Positions 63,229-64,000 of a DNA stretch of 64,000 nt are shown piece by piece. The stretch's first letter is position 1; the number at the start of each line of letters is the position of its first letter. This DNA comes from Sulfolobales archaeon HS-7 (GTDB taxonomy: Archaea; Thermoproteota; Thermoprotei_A; Sulfolobales; Sulfolobaceae): assembly GCA_019704295.1 (NCBI GenBank), contig AP024596.1, positions 1,216,001-1,280,000 of the forward strand, given 5' to 3'. The notes beneath the pieces were generated by a model. That model saw only the letters and a program-made list of their open reading frames with translations, was not told the origin of the DNA and did no database searches. The translations under genes were made by a program, and so were the position numbers.

Positions 63229-64000
63229 GCAGTGTTGTTTCGCCAATTTTACTAAAAATGAGACAATTTTTAAAACATGGGAAAATCTCGCTCAAGAGAG
63301 TAGAAATTAGCTAAAAATTCGGTTAAAGTAGGGAAAAGATCAACTTTTATCTCAGAGGAAGATGCGTAACCTAGTTTTTATACGTATAGTAATACCTTGT
63401 GTATTATCAAGCGGGTAGAAATGAGGACGTTAAAGTTTAAGCGAGGGACTTGCAAAATCTTAGTATGAGGGAAATCAAGATTAGGAACAAGTCCCTCGCT
63501 AATAGTAGAGGAAGCGTTTAAGAAGATTTCCTCTAATCCCCGGGACATTATCAGGAGGAGTAAATCCCTCCTCTTGGGGAATAGAGGAAAGGATTACATT
63601 TCCCTTGTAAGACAAGGAAAAAGCTAGGTAAACTTCTGGGTAGAACCTTAGAGTTCTGGGGGCTGTGCTCGATCTTCTCTGATATCGTGCTTGGATTTGA
63701 CGAGACCTTCCTAGGTTTGGGTGAGAAGGAGGCGGAAAGAGTGGGGGACAAACTCTTCTCGGGAAAGGCCAAGGTTAGATCCACGGATATCTTGTCTCCC
63801 GTGAGATGTAACGTGGTTACCCAATTCGCAGTTCCAGGGGATCAAAAGCCCTCAGAGTTTCTTCAAGATTTCGTCAAGAAGGCTGTATAGTACATCAACT
63901 TGAGTTACGTTGTTGCTGACGCTGGATTCCTCAACCTCGAGATCGTCAAGGAGTTACCCGCTAAAACCGTGATCAGAGGGAAAACTAACTTGAAGGGAGT
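63229..64000 (+). mobile_element. Decayed ISH3-family IS, running off the window
   Basis: Terminus CAGTGTTGTTTCGCCAATTTTAC; transposase remnant SYVVADAGFLNLE with stops and frameshifts. Confidence 0.75.

Overview
AT-rich archaeal DNA whose gene families (thermopsin, PaREP1, Sulfolobus-type VapBC, GH57/GH12, ISH3/IS110/IS605 remnants) point to a Sulfolobales chromosome, in an accessory, IS-scarred region with low coding density. Main blocks: (1) a glycan-utilisation locus at 4-17 kb: GH5-like beta-mannanase with an SDR, an uncharacterised 609-aa putative glycosidase, a GH12 endoglucanase and a five-gene Opp/Dpp-type sugar ABC transporter; (2) a mosaic at 17-46 kb of toxin-antitoxin modules (2x VapBC, HEPN/MNT, PaREP1, a DUF2283/DUF4258-like pair, a SocA/Panacea-like gene), stress genes (msrA, hemerythrin, a rubrerythrin-like gene with an exact 168-bp triplication), thermopsin, a GH57 amylopullulanase and a DNA-methyltransferase pseudogene; (3) a type IV pilus/Tad-like locus at 48-63 kb with ATPase, double-domain TadC platform, four class III pilins and a 1415-aa protein that begins with a pilin domain lacking the cleavable leader and carries a large Cys-rich passenger with a helical region. 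That protein and locus are the best candidate for an undescribed system. Intergenic DNA holds about 10 copies of one ~160-bp MITE, 3 of a second MITE and many decayed IS elements, including an IS110 nested in an ISH3-like element. No rRNA, tRNA or CRISPR array was seen. All family calls are from motif recognition by eye, not database searches; boundaries of decayed elements are approximate.
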